Shown one piece after another: positions 9,270 to 19,109 of a stretch of 20,000 nt of DNA (position 1 is its first letter; each line of letters begins with the position of its first letter). The stretch spans positions 3,101,956-3,121,955 of the forward strand of contig MU054338.1 of the NCBI GenBank assembly GCA_013239625.1, in the 5' to 3' direction. A program made the position numbers and the translations under genes. This DNA comes from Lama guanicoe (Eukaryota). The notes under the pieces are model-generated. The model did no database searches and was not told the origin of the DNA. It worked only from the letters and a program-made list of their open reading frames with translations.

Positions 9270-10000
9270 AAATTAGAAACTTGGGGGTTGTCCTGTTGGT
9301 CTGACTTTCCACAACTCTCCATATGTTAAAATCTGTGGGCAAAAGTTTGAGGAGAAGCAGGGTATGTGCATCGTCTCATTGTATCTCCCCCAAGATACTT
9401 ATGAATTGCAAAGAGAAAAATGGTAACTTTCCAGGAAAGACTCCTGGTAGGTACCACTGTAACCAGGTGGTCAAGGTTAAGTCAAGGTTAACACCATCAA
9501 TGATGAGACATATTGACATGATGTACTTCCTGACTGGATGCCCTGAAGACACATCACTTCTGTGGCATCCTTCCCCTAAATGCCTAACTTCAATCTAATT
9601 ATGAGCAAACATCAGACAAGCCCAAACTCAGGGACGTCCTACAAAATAGTTGACCAGTGCTCATCAGAAGTGTCAAGGTCATGAAAGACAAGACTAGAGG
9701 AGATGAGATGCCAGGCGGGAGCCTGGACCAGCATCCTATTAATATTTAATAGGGTTAAGTTAATAATTGTAACAATAATATTATTAATCTCATTAAGAGG
9801 AAAATTGGTGAAATTTGAATAAGATCTTAAATTAGTTCATTGTGTTGTATCAATGTTGGTTTCCTGTGGTTGTCAATGATATTAAATTAGAAGAAGATGG
9901 GTCAAGAGAGATGGGAATTCTGTACTATTTTTGCAACATTGTATAAGTCTAAAATTATTTCAAAGTAAAATAAACTAAAAAGAAACAAAATGAAACAAAA
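9270..10000 (+). mobile_element. L1MC4-like 3' UTR
   Basis: tgtgggcaaaagtttgaggagaa...aaacatcagacaagcccaaact...gtgtcaaggtcatgaaagacaag...tgtactatttttgcaac...taagtctaaaattatttcaaa. Confidence 0.85.
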
Positions 10001-10009
10001 TCTAACTAG

Positions 10010-10261
10010 AATCCAGCCCCCTGCCAACAGCTGTGTGAGTGGTTTTAGAAGCAGCTCCTCGGGCCCCAGTCAAGCCTTCAGATGATGCAGACCTCACCAG
10101 CAGTTTGACTATAACATCACAAGGTTCACTGAGTCAGAACCATCCAGCTAAGCTCTCTGGATCCCTGGCCCACAGATGCTGTGAAATAATACATGTTCAT
10201 TGTTTTAAATGGTTACATTTTGGAGTAATTTGTTATACAGCAATAGCTGACTATTGATACA
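10010..10261 (+). mobile_element. MLT1 (MaLR) LTR, 3' half
   Basis: ccccagtcaagccttcagatga...cagaaccatccagctaagc...gtaatttgttatacagcaatagctgacta..gataca. Confidence 0.85.
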
Positions 10262-10399
10262 GTAGGGAATGGACAGCTGCAAAGAAAGTGTTTCAAAGGC
10301 AGCCTCTAAGAGTTTGGGAACATTAAAATACCCAATTGTTTGTGGTGGTGGTCCGTGTAGAACATGCCTGGGGGCAGCTTCAAATCACAGAGAAAGATC

Positions 10400-10800
10400 C
10401 ACTCATTCATTTAACCCACATTTATTGAGTGCCTCCTGTGTACCAGGCACAGTCAAAGGAACAAGGACATAGAGTGCACAAAGCAATTAAAAGATCACTT
10501 CTCTGGTGGAGTTCACACTATAGTAGAGGAGAGAGTTAAGAAATGTTATCAGTACATAAACTATATTATATTAGATGGTATTAAGTACTAAAGAGAAAAA
10601 TAAATCAGAGAAAAGGGCTGGGGAATATAAGATGGGAGGTGTGTGAAAAACAGTAGATAAGGTGCCCAAAGAAGGCTCACTGAGAAGTCATCATTTGAGC
10701 AGAGGCTTAAAGGAGTGAGAGAGTGAGCCATGTAGAGTCTATAGGAAGAGCATTTCAAGCAGAGGGAATGGCCAGTGCAAAGACTCTGAACAGAAACATA
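10400..10800 (-). mobile_element. L2a 3' region
   Basis: cattcattt...catttattgagtgcctcctgtgtaccaggcac...catttgagcagaggcttaaagga...gagcatttcaagcagagggaa...gcaaagactctga. Confidence 0.9.
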
Positions 10801-10839
10801 TTTCACACAGACACACATGCCCATGTGATCCATTGGCAA

Positions 10840-11190
10840 CACATCATTATGCATTTTGCGTTATTCATTTAATAACAACACCCTGAAGGTATTTCTATCT
10901 CAGTACACAAAGAGCTTTCTTGTTGCTTTTACCCGTTGTATGATATTTCATTGCATGAATTTCTCATAATTGATTTAACCAACACCCTCCCAAGTTGATG
11001 AACATTTATGTGGTTTTCGCTCTTCTCATACACACACACAATGCAGTGAGAAACACTCTGCTGTGTCATTTAGCACAGGTGTGCTTCCATCTGGAGTGTA
11101 AATTCTCAGCAGTGGGATTACAGAGTCCAAGGGCATGCTGACTTGTAATTTGGGTGGATGTCATCAGATTGCCCTCATGGGAAGTTGTTG
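10840..11190 (-). mobile_element. L1ME-like fragment
   Basis: ttgtatgatatttcattgcatga...cataattgatttaacca...ttgatgaacattta...gtgggattacagagtccaaggg. Confidence 0.75.
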
Positions 11191-11204
11191 TTTTTCAACA
11201 GCTT

Positions 11205-11400
11205 TCTTTCAACTGGTGATTACAAATAAATCTGCCACAAATGTGTATGGACACATCTTCAGGTAGACATATGTTTTCCTTTCTCTTGGGTAAATAGCAA
11301 GGATTGGAATGGCTCCTCTGGAGGGGGGGGGTGTATGTTTAACATTTGAAGAAGCTACTAAATGGTTTTTCCAAGAGGTGGTACCACTTTCTGTTCTCAT
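11205..11400 (-). mobile_element. L1M ORF2 C-terminal fragment
   Basis: catatgttttcctttctcttgggtaaata...tgtatgtttaacatttgaagaagctactaaatggtttt... Confidence 0.8.
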
Positions 11401-11700
11401 GGGAAGGTTTTATCCAGGAGAGTGACTCGCTCAGGGTGATGTTTCTAAGAGCTCCCTGGGGACACAGAGGGGGAAGACAGAAATGGTCATAAGGAGCCAG
11501 GAGGAGGCAGGGCTATTATCCAAAAAGTGCTGATGGCAGTCTGGACCACAGCCATGGTGGGAGGATGGAGAAGCATTGGGAGAGGGAAAGAGAACCCTTA
11601 GCAGCTGACGGGGCACTAGGCTCGGGGTTCTGCTGAAGGTCCATGGCGGAGATGTGGGGGACTTCTTGGCTCCCCTGGGTACTCTCAGAATACCCAGACA
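11401..11700 (-). mobile_element. L2 internal fragment, probably continuing the 10400-10800 element
   Basis: gaaggttttatccaggagagtgac...ggagccaggaggaggc...tgatggcagtctggacca...ggtgggaggatggagaag. Confidence 0.55.
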
Positions 11701-11729
11701 GGAAGAGGGAAACTGGGTCCATTCCAGGC

Positions 11730-11977
11730 TCTTAGGGGCAGTTGGAGCAGCTGGACTGGGTAGGACCACCCTATGTGCAGCCACCATCATTTCAAGGTGG
11801 AACATTTCAGATGGCACAGGCAGCGTGGCCTCCTATTGGGAGGCTGTCCTTGGCTGGCTTTACCTGAATTCAAAGACAGTATCCCATGGGTCCATCTTGA
11901 TCTACCTGACTCCCACCTCCCCTGCACCAGCTAGACCTCCTGCAGTTCAGCCCGTGTGGAACCACTCTCTGCCCTAG
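11730..11977 (+). pseudogene. Candidate decayed exon encoding an FN3-like domain
   Basis: Translates to ATIISRWNISDGTGSVASYWEAVLGWLYL..., then after a frameshift HLPCTS*T (11914-11937). This resembles the FN3 W...Y...LxPxTxY pattern. An MLT1 insertion cuts it. Pattern recognition only. Confidence 0.3.
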
Positions 11978-12389
11978 TATATTAGTTACCTATGTCTGTG
12001 CAATAAATTACCCCCAAATATAGAAGCTTCAAAAAATATTCATCATCTTGTTGTTTCCAAGGGTCAGGACTCTGAGATGGATTCATGGGGTGATTCTGGC
12101 TAAGTCTCTCATGAGGTTGCAGTCAGATTTTCAGTGGGGGCTAAAGAGTTGACTGGGGTTGGAGAACGGTTCCCTCACATGGCTTACCATGGGGGCTTCT
12201 CCAAAGGGCTGCCTGAGTGTCCTTGGGTCATGAAAACTGACTTTCCCCAGAGTGCATGGTCAGAGAGACAGCAAGAGTGAGAGAGCCCTCACAGACCAGC
12301 CCTGGTATAGTGAGGAAGAAGCTCACCCAAAAGTGTAAATACTAGGAAGTGGGGGTCGCTGGGGATCACTTTGGAGGTTAGCTACCACA
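11978..12389 (-). mobile_element. MLT1 (MLT1G/H-like) solo LTR
   Basis: tatattagttacctat...aaattacccccaaa...tctctcatgaggttgcagtcaga...ttggaggttagctaccaca. 5-bp TSD cctag (11973-11977) / cctac (12390-12394). Confidence 0.85.
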
Positions 12390-12534
12390 CCTACCAAACT
12401 GGAGGGTTCGGGTTCCCTTCTCTGAGGCACAGGCTCACCATTATCTATGACATAGTAGAGGCACACTCATTTTCCAGGGTGCTAGAGTCTCCTCATTTTG
12501 AGCCAGCTTCCTAGCGGTCTGCAAAAGGGCACCT

Positions 12535-12991
12535 GTACTCTTTAGAAATCTTTTGGTTACAAATGAAAGGAACTCAACTTAAACTGAGTTGAGAACAAAT
12601 ATAATAAATGGAACCAGCTGGCTTGCAGAACTGGGAAGTACAAGATTAACTCACTTCAGACATGGCTGGATCTAGGGGCTCAAACACTATCTTTCAAATT
12701 TCCATGCAGTCACCTGCTCCCCAGACACACACTCTTCTCTCCTAGCAACTCCAGTGGATGTAGAGAATCTTTCCCATTAGATCCAGCAAGAAAGTCCCAG
12801 GGAAGTATCTGATTGGCTCAGCTTGGATCATCTGCTCATCCCTGAACCAATCACTGCAGCCAAGAGGATAGGATATGCTGATTGGCCAGACTGGATCACG
12901 GGCCCCATCCTGTGGTCCTGAGAGGGAGGAGCATCTTAAATGATGCTCCTTCCCACCATGTGCCATTAAAAAAAGAAAATATACCACGGAC
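12535..12991 (-). mobile_element. MLT1K-like LTR
   Basis: cttttggttacaaatgaaaggaactcaact...acttcagacatggctggatctaggggctcaaa...tctgattggctcagcttggatca...ccctgaaccaatcactg. Confidence 0.8.
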
Positions 12992-13004
12992 AAGTCTTGA
13001 CATG

Positions 13005-13075
13005 CTACTGATCATAAGGCATGCACTGCTTTCACAGATGTTAAAAAAATGCATGGCTTAGAATCAATGAAATGT
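13005..13075 (-). mobile_element. MER104/Kanga-like (TcMar-Tc2) terminal fragment
   Basis: tttcacagatgttaaaaaaatgcatggcttagaatcaatgaaat resembles the reverse complement of the recalled MER104 terminus. Confidence 0.55.
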
Positions 13076-13076
13076 G

Positions 13077-13215
13077 TGTTATTATTTCCATTTTACAGGT
13101 AAGAAAGCTGAGGCACAGAAAGGGTAAGTTGTTCCCCTGAGGTCACACAGGTGGGAGGCAGACAAGCCAGGGTTTGGGTCCAGGTCCAGAGCCCCTGTAT
13201 CTAACCACAGCCCCA
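13077..13215 (-). mobile_element. MIR SINE
   Basis: tattatttccattttacaggtaagaaagctgaggcacagaaagggtaagt...aggtcacacag. Confidence 0.85.
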
Positions 13216-13477
13216 CGTTCAAAGCTCTCTTGGCCTGCGGCCTCTACACCAATGTCTTCCACATCTTAGATGAACACAGACATCTTTTCACAGGTTTCCT
13301 GTGGCTGCATTGCTCAGAAAAGCTTCAGTGTTCCGAAAGCTTGTTCTAACATTCTCAAGTGTGCTTCCCTTGTCAGTGGAGTGGTTGTCACTTTGAGAGT
13401 CCTTAGGGGCTCCTATGTGGTCCAGCAGCCACTGACATTTCTTGGCCTCTTTTTTTTTTTGGAAGTGTCTCTGGTTT

Positions 13478-13695
13478 CGAGGCATTATAGTGTAATGTTT
13501 AAATGCACCAGCTTTACAGTCACACTGCCTAGGTTCAAATCCCTACCTCTGCTGCATCAGAGCATGGGTTCTTGGGAAAAATACCTTAACTCTCTGTGCT
13601 CAGTTTCCTTGTCTGTCAAATGGAATTGTTGTTTACATTAAATTAGTAAGTTATATCAAATGCTTAAAATAGTGCCAATATCTATTAGCATTAGA
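13478..13695 (+). mobile_element. MIR SINE
   Basis: gcctaggttcaaatccctacctctg...cttaactctctgtgctcagtttccttgtctgtcaaatgg. Confidence 0.85.
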
Positions 13696-13792
13696 GGTAA
13701 TTTGTCTTTGCTAGCATTACAGTATTTTCTCTCTTTTTTTGGACTGGTGTGAGTGCCTCACTTCTAGAGAATACTCCCCCTCCCCCACCCCC

Positions 13793-14194
13793 TGAGTTAG
13801 CCATTCATGCTGCCCCCTAAAATGCCCAGTCTTCTTCCAGGCAGGATTGGGAGTTCCCTGCCCCCCACCCCAAGTAGTCAGCTGGGGGCCATGAGATTTG
13901 CTTTGACTAGTTAAATGTGAGTTGAAATGACATGTGCCCTTTCCAGGTGGAAACTTTAATAGCCAGGGTACAACTTGTTACATTGTCTCTTTCCTTCAGC
14001 TACAGTGACTAGCAAAATTTGAGATGGTGGTGACTCCATCAACTTGTATCCTAGAGGTGTATACATACAGCCCTCAGCCAAATTCCAAAAGAGGGGCTAG
14101 CACAAGCCAGAAACACATCTTAGGGTTTTGAGTGACTGAGATTTTGGGGATGTTTGTTACAGCAGCATAACCTTAGCCTTTCCTAACTGATACA
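13793..14194 (+). mobile_element. MLT1I/J-like LTR
   Basis: ggggccatgagatttgctttgac...aaatgtgag...ctgagattttggggatgtttgttacagcagcataacc...tcctaactgataca. Confidence 0.85.
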
Positions 14195-14230
14195 TCCTTG
14201 GTTTCTGAAATCTCATTGTTTCCACCACAG

Positions 14231-14570
14231 ACACAAGCAGAGATTTTGCATTACCTGATCCAATATGCCATGCCATAACTGTTGGTATCCCCACATCTAG
14301 GACAACAGAGGTAATTTTTGTGCCCCAGGACCCTGGCAACATCAGCTACTATGTGCTCTTCATCCAGAAATTCAGAGACTGAATTGAGGGCTTGCAAAAA
14401 ATCATCATCTATGCCACACTCTCCCCTGATGTCTCTACATACCTCCATTCTTTCTCAGAGATGGACCTTCCTATTCCAGTGACATTTTAAGGCTCTGCCT
14501 GTCAACCACCTTGCTGATGACTCATTTTTTATTCCTGTTCTAGTAGCAATCCTGCACACAGAGAAAATTT
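14231..14570 (+). pseudogene. Candidate decayed exon resembling the membrane-proximal extracellular domain of receptor PTPs / SUSD1-like proteins
   Basis: Acceptor ttgtttccaccacag| in phase 1. Translates to TSRDFALPDPICHAITVGIPTSRTTEVIFVPQDPGNISYYVLFIQKFRD*IEGLQKIIIYATLSPDVSTYLHSFSEMDLPIPVTF*, then in the +1 frame KALPVNHLADDSFFIPVLVAILHTEK. No repeat recognised here. Confidence 0.4.
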
Positions 14571-14634
14571 CTCCCATTCCCTCCCACACCTTCCCCTACC
14601 CCAACTCCAGAACCGGCAGGAAAAGAGTTTCATT

Positions 14635-14745
14635 TGCCATTACTGTGTGATCCTGGGGAAGCACTTTTGCCCCTGTTGGACTCAGTTTACCTTGCTGTGG
14701 ATCAAATAACATTTTTTTTTCTGAGGGCTATTCTGGCCTGCTAGC
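14635..14745 (+). mobile_element. MIR/MIR3 fragment
   Basis: ctgtgtgatcctggggaagcactt...ggactcagtttacct. Confidence 0.6.
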
Positions 14746-14881
14746 CTATGTGGCTCCAGCATTTTTGCTTTTTGCTTTGGTTGAGCTGGGAACTTGACCT
14801 CATGGAAATAATTTTCCTTAACTAAATCCTCTGCTTCCTTCTGTATACAACATCTACCCACGGAGACTTCACCTTCCTGAC

Positions 14882-15230
14882 CATATCAGCTAGGATTCTT
14901 TGGGTTGCAAGTAACAGAAAACCCATCTCAAACAGGTTGTTTCTGGTCAACAACAACTGCCTATGACAATAGCAACAAAAGTGGATCCCCCATGCCTTGC
15001 CTTTCAATGCTCACAAAAAATGGTACCTGGACCTTCACATCTTTGTCCATCACATCACAACCATGCTTGTCAAGAAATACAGAACAGAAATGGCAGAAAC
15101 ACAGCCCCTGCATCAAATACTGCATGACTAAATTCCCTTAACAGAATTTAACTGCACCCAAAGTTTAGCTGCAAGGGATTCTGGGAAATGCAGTTTCTAC
15201 ACTTCCAGTCCCCACAGTACAGCATGTAGA
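14882..15230 (-). mobile_element. Old MLT1-like LTR
   Basis: tcagctaggattctttgggttgcaagtaacagaaaaccca...tagctgcaagggattctgggaaatgcagttt. Confidence 0.7.
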
Positions 15231-15259
15231 GAGAGATCCCCCTTTCCAGACACCCTACA

Positions 15260-15454
15260 ATGCCCCAGACATGTGGATATGACCACTTCAGGCCTTTCAG
15301 CCTAGCTCAGTTGCCCTTTGAGCCCAGCTGCATGAATAAGCACAGGCAAGAACCACCCAGCCAGACCACAGAATCGTTAGAAATAATACAATGTTGTTGT
15401 TTAAGCCTTTAAGTATTGGGGTGGCTTTTTATGCAGCAATAGGTAAATGATACA
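15260..15454 (+). mobile_element. MLT1-like LTR, 3' part
   Basis: ccccagacatgtg...aagaaccacccagc...ttgttgtttaagcc...tatgcagcaataggtaaatgataca. Confidence 0.8.
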
Positions 15455-15548
15455 TTACTGGCCTGTTGAGAAAATGCCACTGATGGACCAATTAATTCGT
15501 CCATTATTTTAAGCAAGCAAGTTCTCAATAGAGGCAGCAAAGGCTTAG

Positions 15549-15825
15549 TTTCTCTCTGTCTCTCTCCTTTTCTGTGTCTGTGTCTGTCTCTCTTTCTCTA
15601 TCTTTCTGTCTCTCTTTACATCGCTGCCTCTCTGTCTCTCTGTCTGTGTTTCTGTCTCTCTGGCTCTCGCTATCTCTCTGTTTCTATCTGTCTCTGTCTC
15701 TCTCTACTTCTCTGTCTGCCTGCCTGTCTGTCTCTTTCTTTCTCTTGCTCTCTCTTTGCTCTGCCTGGCCTGTCTCCCTCCCTACCCTATTCTCTCTGCA
15801 TCTCCATGTCTCTGCCTCCCTCCCC
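15549..15825. repeat. CT-rich (TCTG/TC) low-complexity tract
   Basis: tctctctgtctctctccttttctgtgtctgtgtctgtctctc... Confidence 0.85.
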
Positions 15826-16356
15826 ACTCCCACACCCCTTCAACTCAGGACCCTGGGGTATGAGGAGGACCCCCGCAGCAGCAGGTGGTCAGACAACTTG
15901 AAACCCAGGGATTAGCTGCTCTGCCTCTCTCTCCCCTGCCAACCCAAGAGATTTGATACCGCTGACTTTTCCTCTCCAGCTTGATTAAATTTTCTCGTCT
16001 TCACCTGAGAAGTCCCACACATCCTCTGATGTGGTTGATCCTGCCCTTCAGTCTGCATGTTCCCAGTCCCCTCCCATGTCCTGCCGGGTCACCAGACGGC
16101 CACATGCCTGCTAACACCGACTGCACCTGCCTGGGTCTGGCCAGAGCACCACTCCTGCCCCCACCTCCCACCCCCAACACAGATCCCTAAATCGCCATCT
16201 CCCACCCAGGACACTTGGGGACAACAGCCATGTTCTCAGATAAAAAGCTTACTTAAAAGAAATCATCAGGTGGCTGTTTAGATTTTGTTTCCATTTTCTC
16301 CTGCTTGTTCTGAGGAGACACGAAAATGGGTAAAATTTATGCTTCTCATCCTCAGA

Positions 16357-16560
16357 TTTTTTTTAAAAAAACTTTTTATTTTTAAAATAATTATAGGCTG
16401 TACAGGAAGTTGCAAAAATAGCACAGATGGTCTCTTGTACCCTCCTCCACCTCCTCCCAGTAGTAACATCTTACATAACTCTAGTACATTCTCAAAATCA
16501 GGAAATTGACATTGGGACCAACTGCTGAGTAGACCATGGGTCTTCATTTTCCTGATTTTT
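16357..16560 (-). mobile_element. L1MC/L1ME-like 3' end
   Basis: aactttttatttttaaaataattatag...caggaagttgcaaaaatag...taacatcttacataact...caaaatcaggaaattgacattgg. Confidence 0.85.
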
Positions 16561-16577
16561 GCTTTAAGCTTCCCTCA

Positions 16578-16975
16578 GGCACACACACCTAAGTATGTGC
16601 ATACACGCTTCTGGAGTTGCACACACATGACATACACACAGGCATGGAGACATGCTTGTATCTACGGCCATGAGTGTCACATGAACATACATGTACAAGT
16701 CAATTCAGATGCCTTCACAGATGCACACGTGCACACAGCTGATTACACAAATACATGGAAAGGGGCACTTGAGCACACATAGGACTCTGCACATCTACAT
16801 AAAAGTGCACACTCATGCTGTCACACTTGTGCACAACACACATGCAGCCACACACCTGCAATCCACGTGCATACACTCACACACACACACACTCAGACAC
16901 CTGCCCAGAAGTGCACACACACAGCCACACGCATGCATGCATATGTGCATGTACACACACACATAAACACACTGC
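16578..16975. repeat. Degenerate CA-rich low-complexity tract
   Basis: Many cacaca/catgca/catac units. Confidence 0.75.
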
Positions 16976-17206
16976 CTTGCCTATACAGTAACCTGTGCTG
17001 GAAAAGCCCACACAGCAAATTATTAATATCATCAGCACCCCCCCCAAGTCACACTGATCACTATGGTTTCAGGAGGACATTGTCTGCATTTGCCAGTTTC
17101 TCTCTCTCTCTTTCCTCCCCTCTCCTCTTCTTCTCTCTTTCCCTCTGTTTAAAGAAAACATTTGCTACCTTGGTATAAGTTTTACTGGCTTTGAATTTAA
17201 TAGATA

Positions 17207-17227
17207 ATATATATATATATATATATT
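17207..17227. repeat. (AT)n microsatellite
   Basis: Seen directly in the sequence. Confidence 0.9.
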
Positions 17228-17309
17228 ATCAAAGTTCTGGAAGGGGAGAGAAAGGAAGCTGTACCAAGTTCTGGAATTTTAACCCTCACAGACACCACCT
17301 TGTGACCCA

Positions 17310-17890
17310 CCCCCTATAAACCTGGCCCTCTTCAAGCCTCAGCACCATCCATCCTGCCTCCCAGTCCAGAGTCTTGGAAGTCCTCTCAACACTTCCTCTT
17401 CTCCCAACCTGAATCCCACCTCCCACAGCCAGCTTAGACTCAGCCAGCAGCAGAATCAGGACCCTCCCAGTGACATCTCCAACTGGGATCCCCCTCACTC
17501 ATGCTGCTCCACACTGGCCTGGTTGCAGTGCTGGAATGGGTCATGTTCCCTTGCACCTCAGGGCCTTTGCACATGCTGTGCCCACTTCCAGGAACATTCT
17601 TTCCTCTCTGTGTCTCTTAGCTGTGCCAGTGCATCCTTCTGTCTCAGTTCACACACCATCTCCATAGAGAAGCCTGCCCTGGTCACCTGTTACATGCTCA
17701 CTCATCATTCTGTACTTTTCTCCAAGGCCCTGGGTTAGAATGCTTCCTCATTTAGTGTCTGTCTCCCTTTCTAGATTATAAACTCAGTGAGGGTACAGAT
17801 GTTTGTCTATTTTGTTAATTGCTCAGCTAGATCTATGTCTGGCATATGGCAAATGTTCAATAAATATGTACTGAATAAACAAATGAGTGA
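17310..17890 (+). mobile_element. L2 3' region
   Basis: cctcagggcctttgcacatgctgtgccc...tgtctgtctccc...ctagattataaactc...caataaatatgtactgaataaacaaatgagtga. Confidence 0.88.
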
Positions 17891-18039
17891 GGGAATTTTC
17901 AACCTTTGGGTCACCCACCTGATGAAAGGGAGAATCGGATGGGTTTATGCTTTTGATGTGATCAGAGCAGGAAAAGGGGAGAATGGAGACAGTGTTACTC
18001 ATCTTAAAAGGAGTTTTATGTTTAGGAACAGAGTGAGCT

Positions 18040-18240
18040 CATATTTTGTAGAAGTGAAATTCATGAACATAGGTTTGGGTCCATACCAAAAAAGCTCTGG
18101 CAGGGTGTGCTCCAAACTGTCAAGAGTTGTGGTACTGAGTGGTGGGGCTAATTGAAAGTTTGCTTTTCCTCTTCACTCCTTCTTTAACCTTTTTTCACAA
18201 ATTGCATTTTCAAATTGCATGATAGTGAATAACACAACTA
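18040..18240 (+). mobile_element. Degraded L1ME-like 3' fragment
   Basis: aaaaaagctctggcagggtgtgctccaaactgtcaagagttgtggt resembles the L1ME 3' UTR. Confidence 0.4.
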
Positions 18241-18296
18241 TCAACTGCATCACAGTTGGAGGTAGGAGATAAGTTGTCATTTAAAGAATACTTCTT

Positions 18297-18427
18297 GGGG
18301 GGGGAGGATGTAGCTCAGTGGTAAAGTGTGTGCTTAGCAAGCACAAGGTCCTGGGTTCAATCCCCAGTAGCCGCATAGAAATAAATAAATGAAATAAACC
18401 TAATTGTCCCCCAAAACAGAACTAAAA
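18297..18427 (+). mobile_element. Camelid Vic-1-type tRNA-derived SINE
   Basis: ggggaggatgtagctcagtggtaaag (A box)...ggtcctgggttcaatccccag (B box)...aaataaataaat...aaacctaatt. TSD taaagaatactt at 18282-18293 and 18428-18439. Confidence 0.93.
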
Positions 18428-18529
18428 TAAAGAATACTTTAAAATGAGCATGTTTGCTGATTCAAACCAATTATCTTGAGGAAATTAACACAAACTCGTA
18501 CAAAGAGTTAGTCCCAATGTTGCTTTAGA

Positions 18530-18870
18530 CCTAAACTGTGATCAACCAGGATATCCAATAATGGGGCACTTAGACTGTGGGGCAGCTGTGTCAGGAAATA
18601 CAACGTGGGAAAGGATTTCAAGACGCAAAAAGACTTTTCCATCTATTAAGTGAAATAATGTGCTGAATGATTCCAGTTTTGTAAATACACGAACAAGAAC
18701 GCAGATATGTTAGGGAAAAGTCAGGGAAGGGTATTAAAATCTGCCAGCAGCAATCTCCTCTGCATGGAGTCATCGTGGGTGACTTTTATCTTCTTTGCTG
18801 TTTTCCTCTAATTTTTAAATTGTCTGCAGGGAATATGCACTCATGTCATAAGCAAAAGATAACAAGTAAG
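18530..18870 (+). mobile_element. Degraded L1ME-like 3' UTR
   Basis: tattaagtgaaa...tgattccagttttgtaaa...tgggtgacttttatcttctttgctgttttcct...ttttaaatt. Confidence 0.55.
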
Positions 18871-18926
18871 ATTATTTTTGAAAAGATGAAGTGAGATGAA
18901 ATGAACTCCTCGCCATCGACACAGAT

Positions 18927-19109
18927 CAGGGCTTCTCCCCCTTGGCACTGCTGAGACTTGGGCCGGGATGAGCCTTGCTCTGGGGGGGGGCTGTCGTGGG
19001 CATTGTAGGATGCTAGGCTGCATCCATGGCCTCTACCCATTATACGCCAGTAGCACCTCCATCTAAAAATGTCTCCAAACATTGCCCAGTGTCCCCCAGC
19101 TGACTACTG
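18927..19109 (-). mobile_element. MER20 (hAT-Charlie)
   Basis: cttggcactgctgagacttgggccggg...gcattgtaggatg...tggcctctaccca...gccagtagcac...aaaaatgtctccaaacattgcc. Confidence 0.88.

Noticed and set aside
9470..9491. Tandem 11-bp duplication gtcaaggttaa
   Set aside because: An ordinary slippage duplication inside an L1MC4-like element
14255..14551. Minus-strand exon-like segment (ctctgtgtgcag| ... cag|gtaatg) with a faint Ly6- or Ig-like translation
   Set aside because: All three frames have stops and the cysteine pattern is incomplete. The + strand reading is more coherent, although a non-coding exon is not excluded.
17787..18155. 122-aa ORF
   Set aside because: It starts in an L2 3' end, ends in L1ME-like sequence and has no recognisable domain
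18297..18372. tRNA-like sequence with A and B boxes (also at about 5110-5183 and 2850-2924)
   Set aside because: These are SINE heads with the Vic-1 tail and TSDs, not tRNA genes
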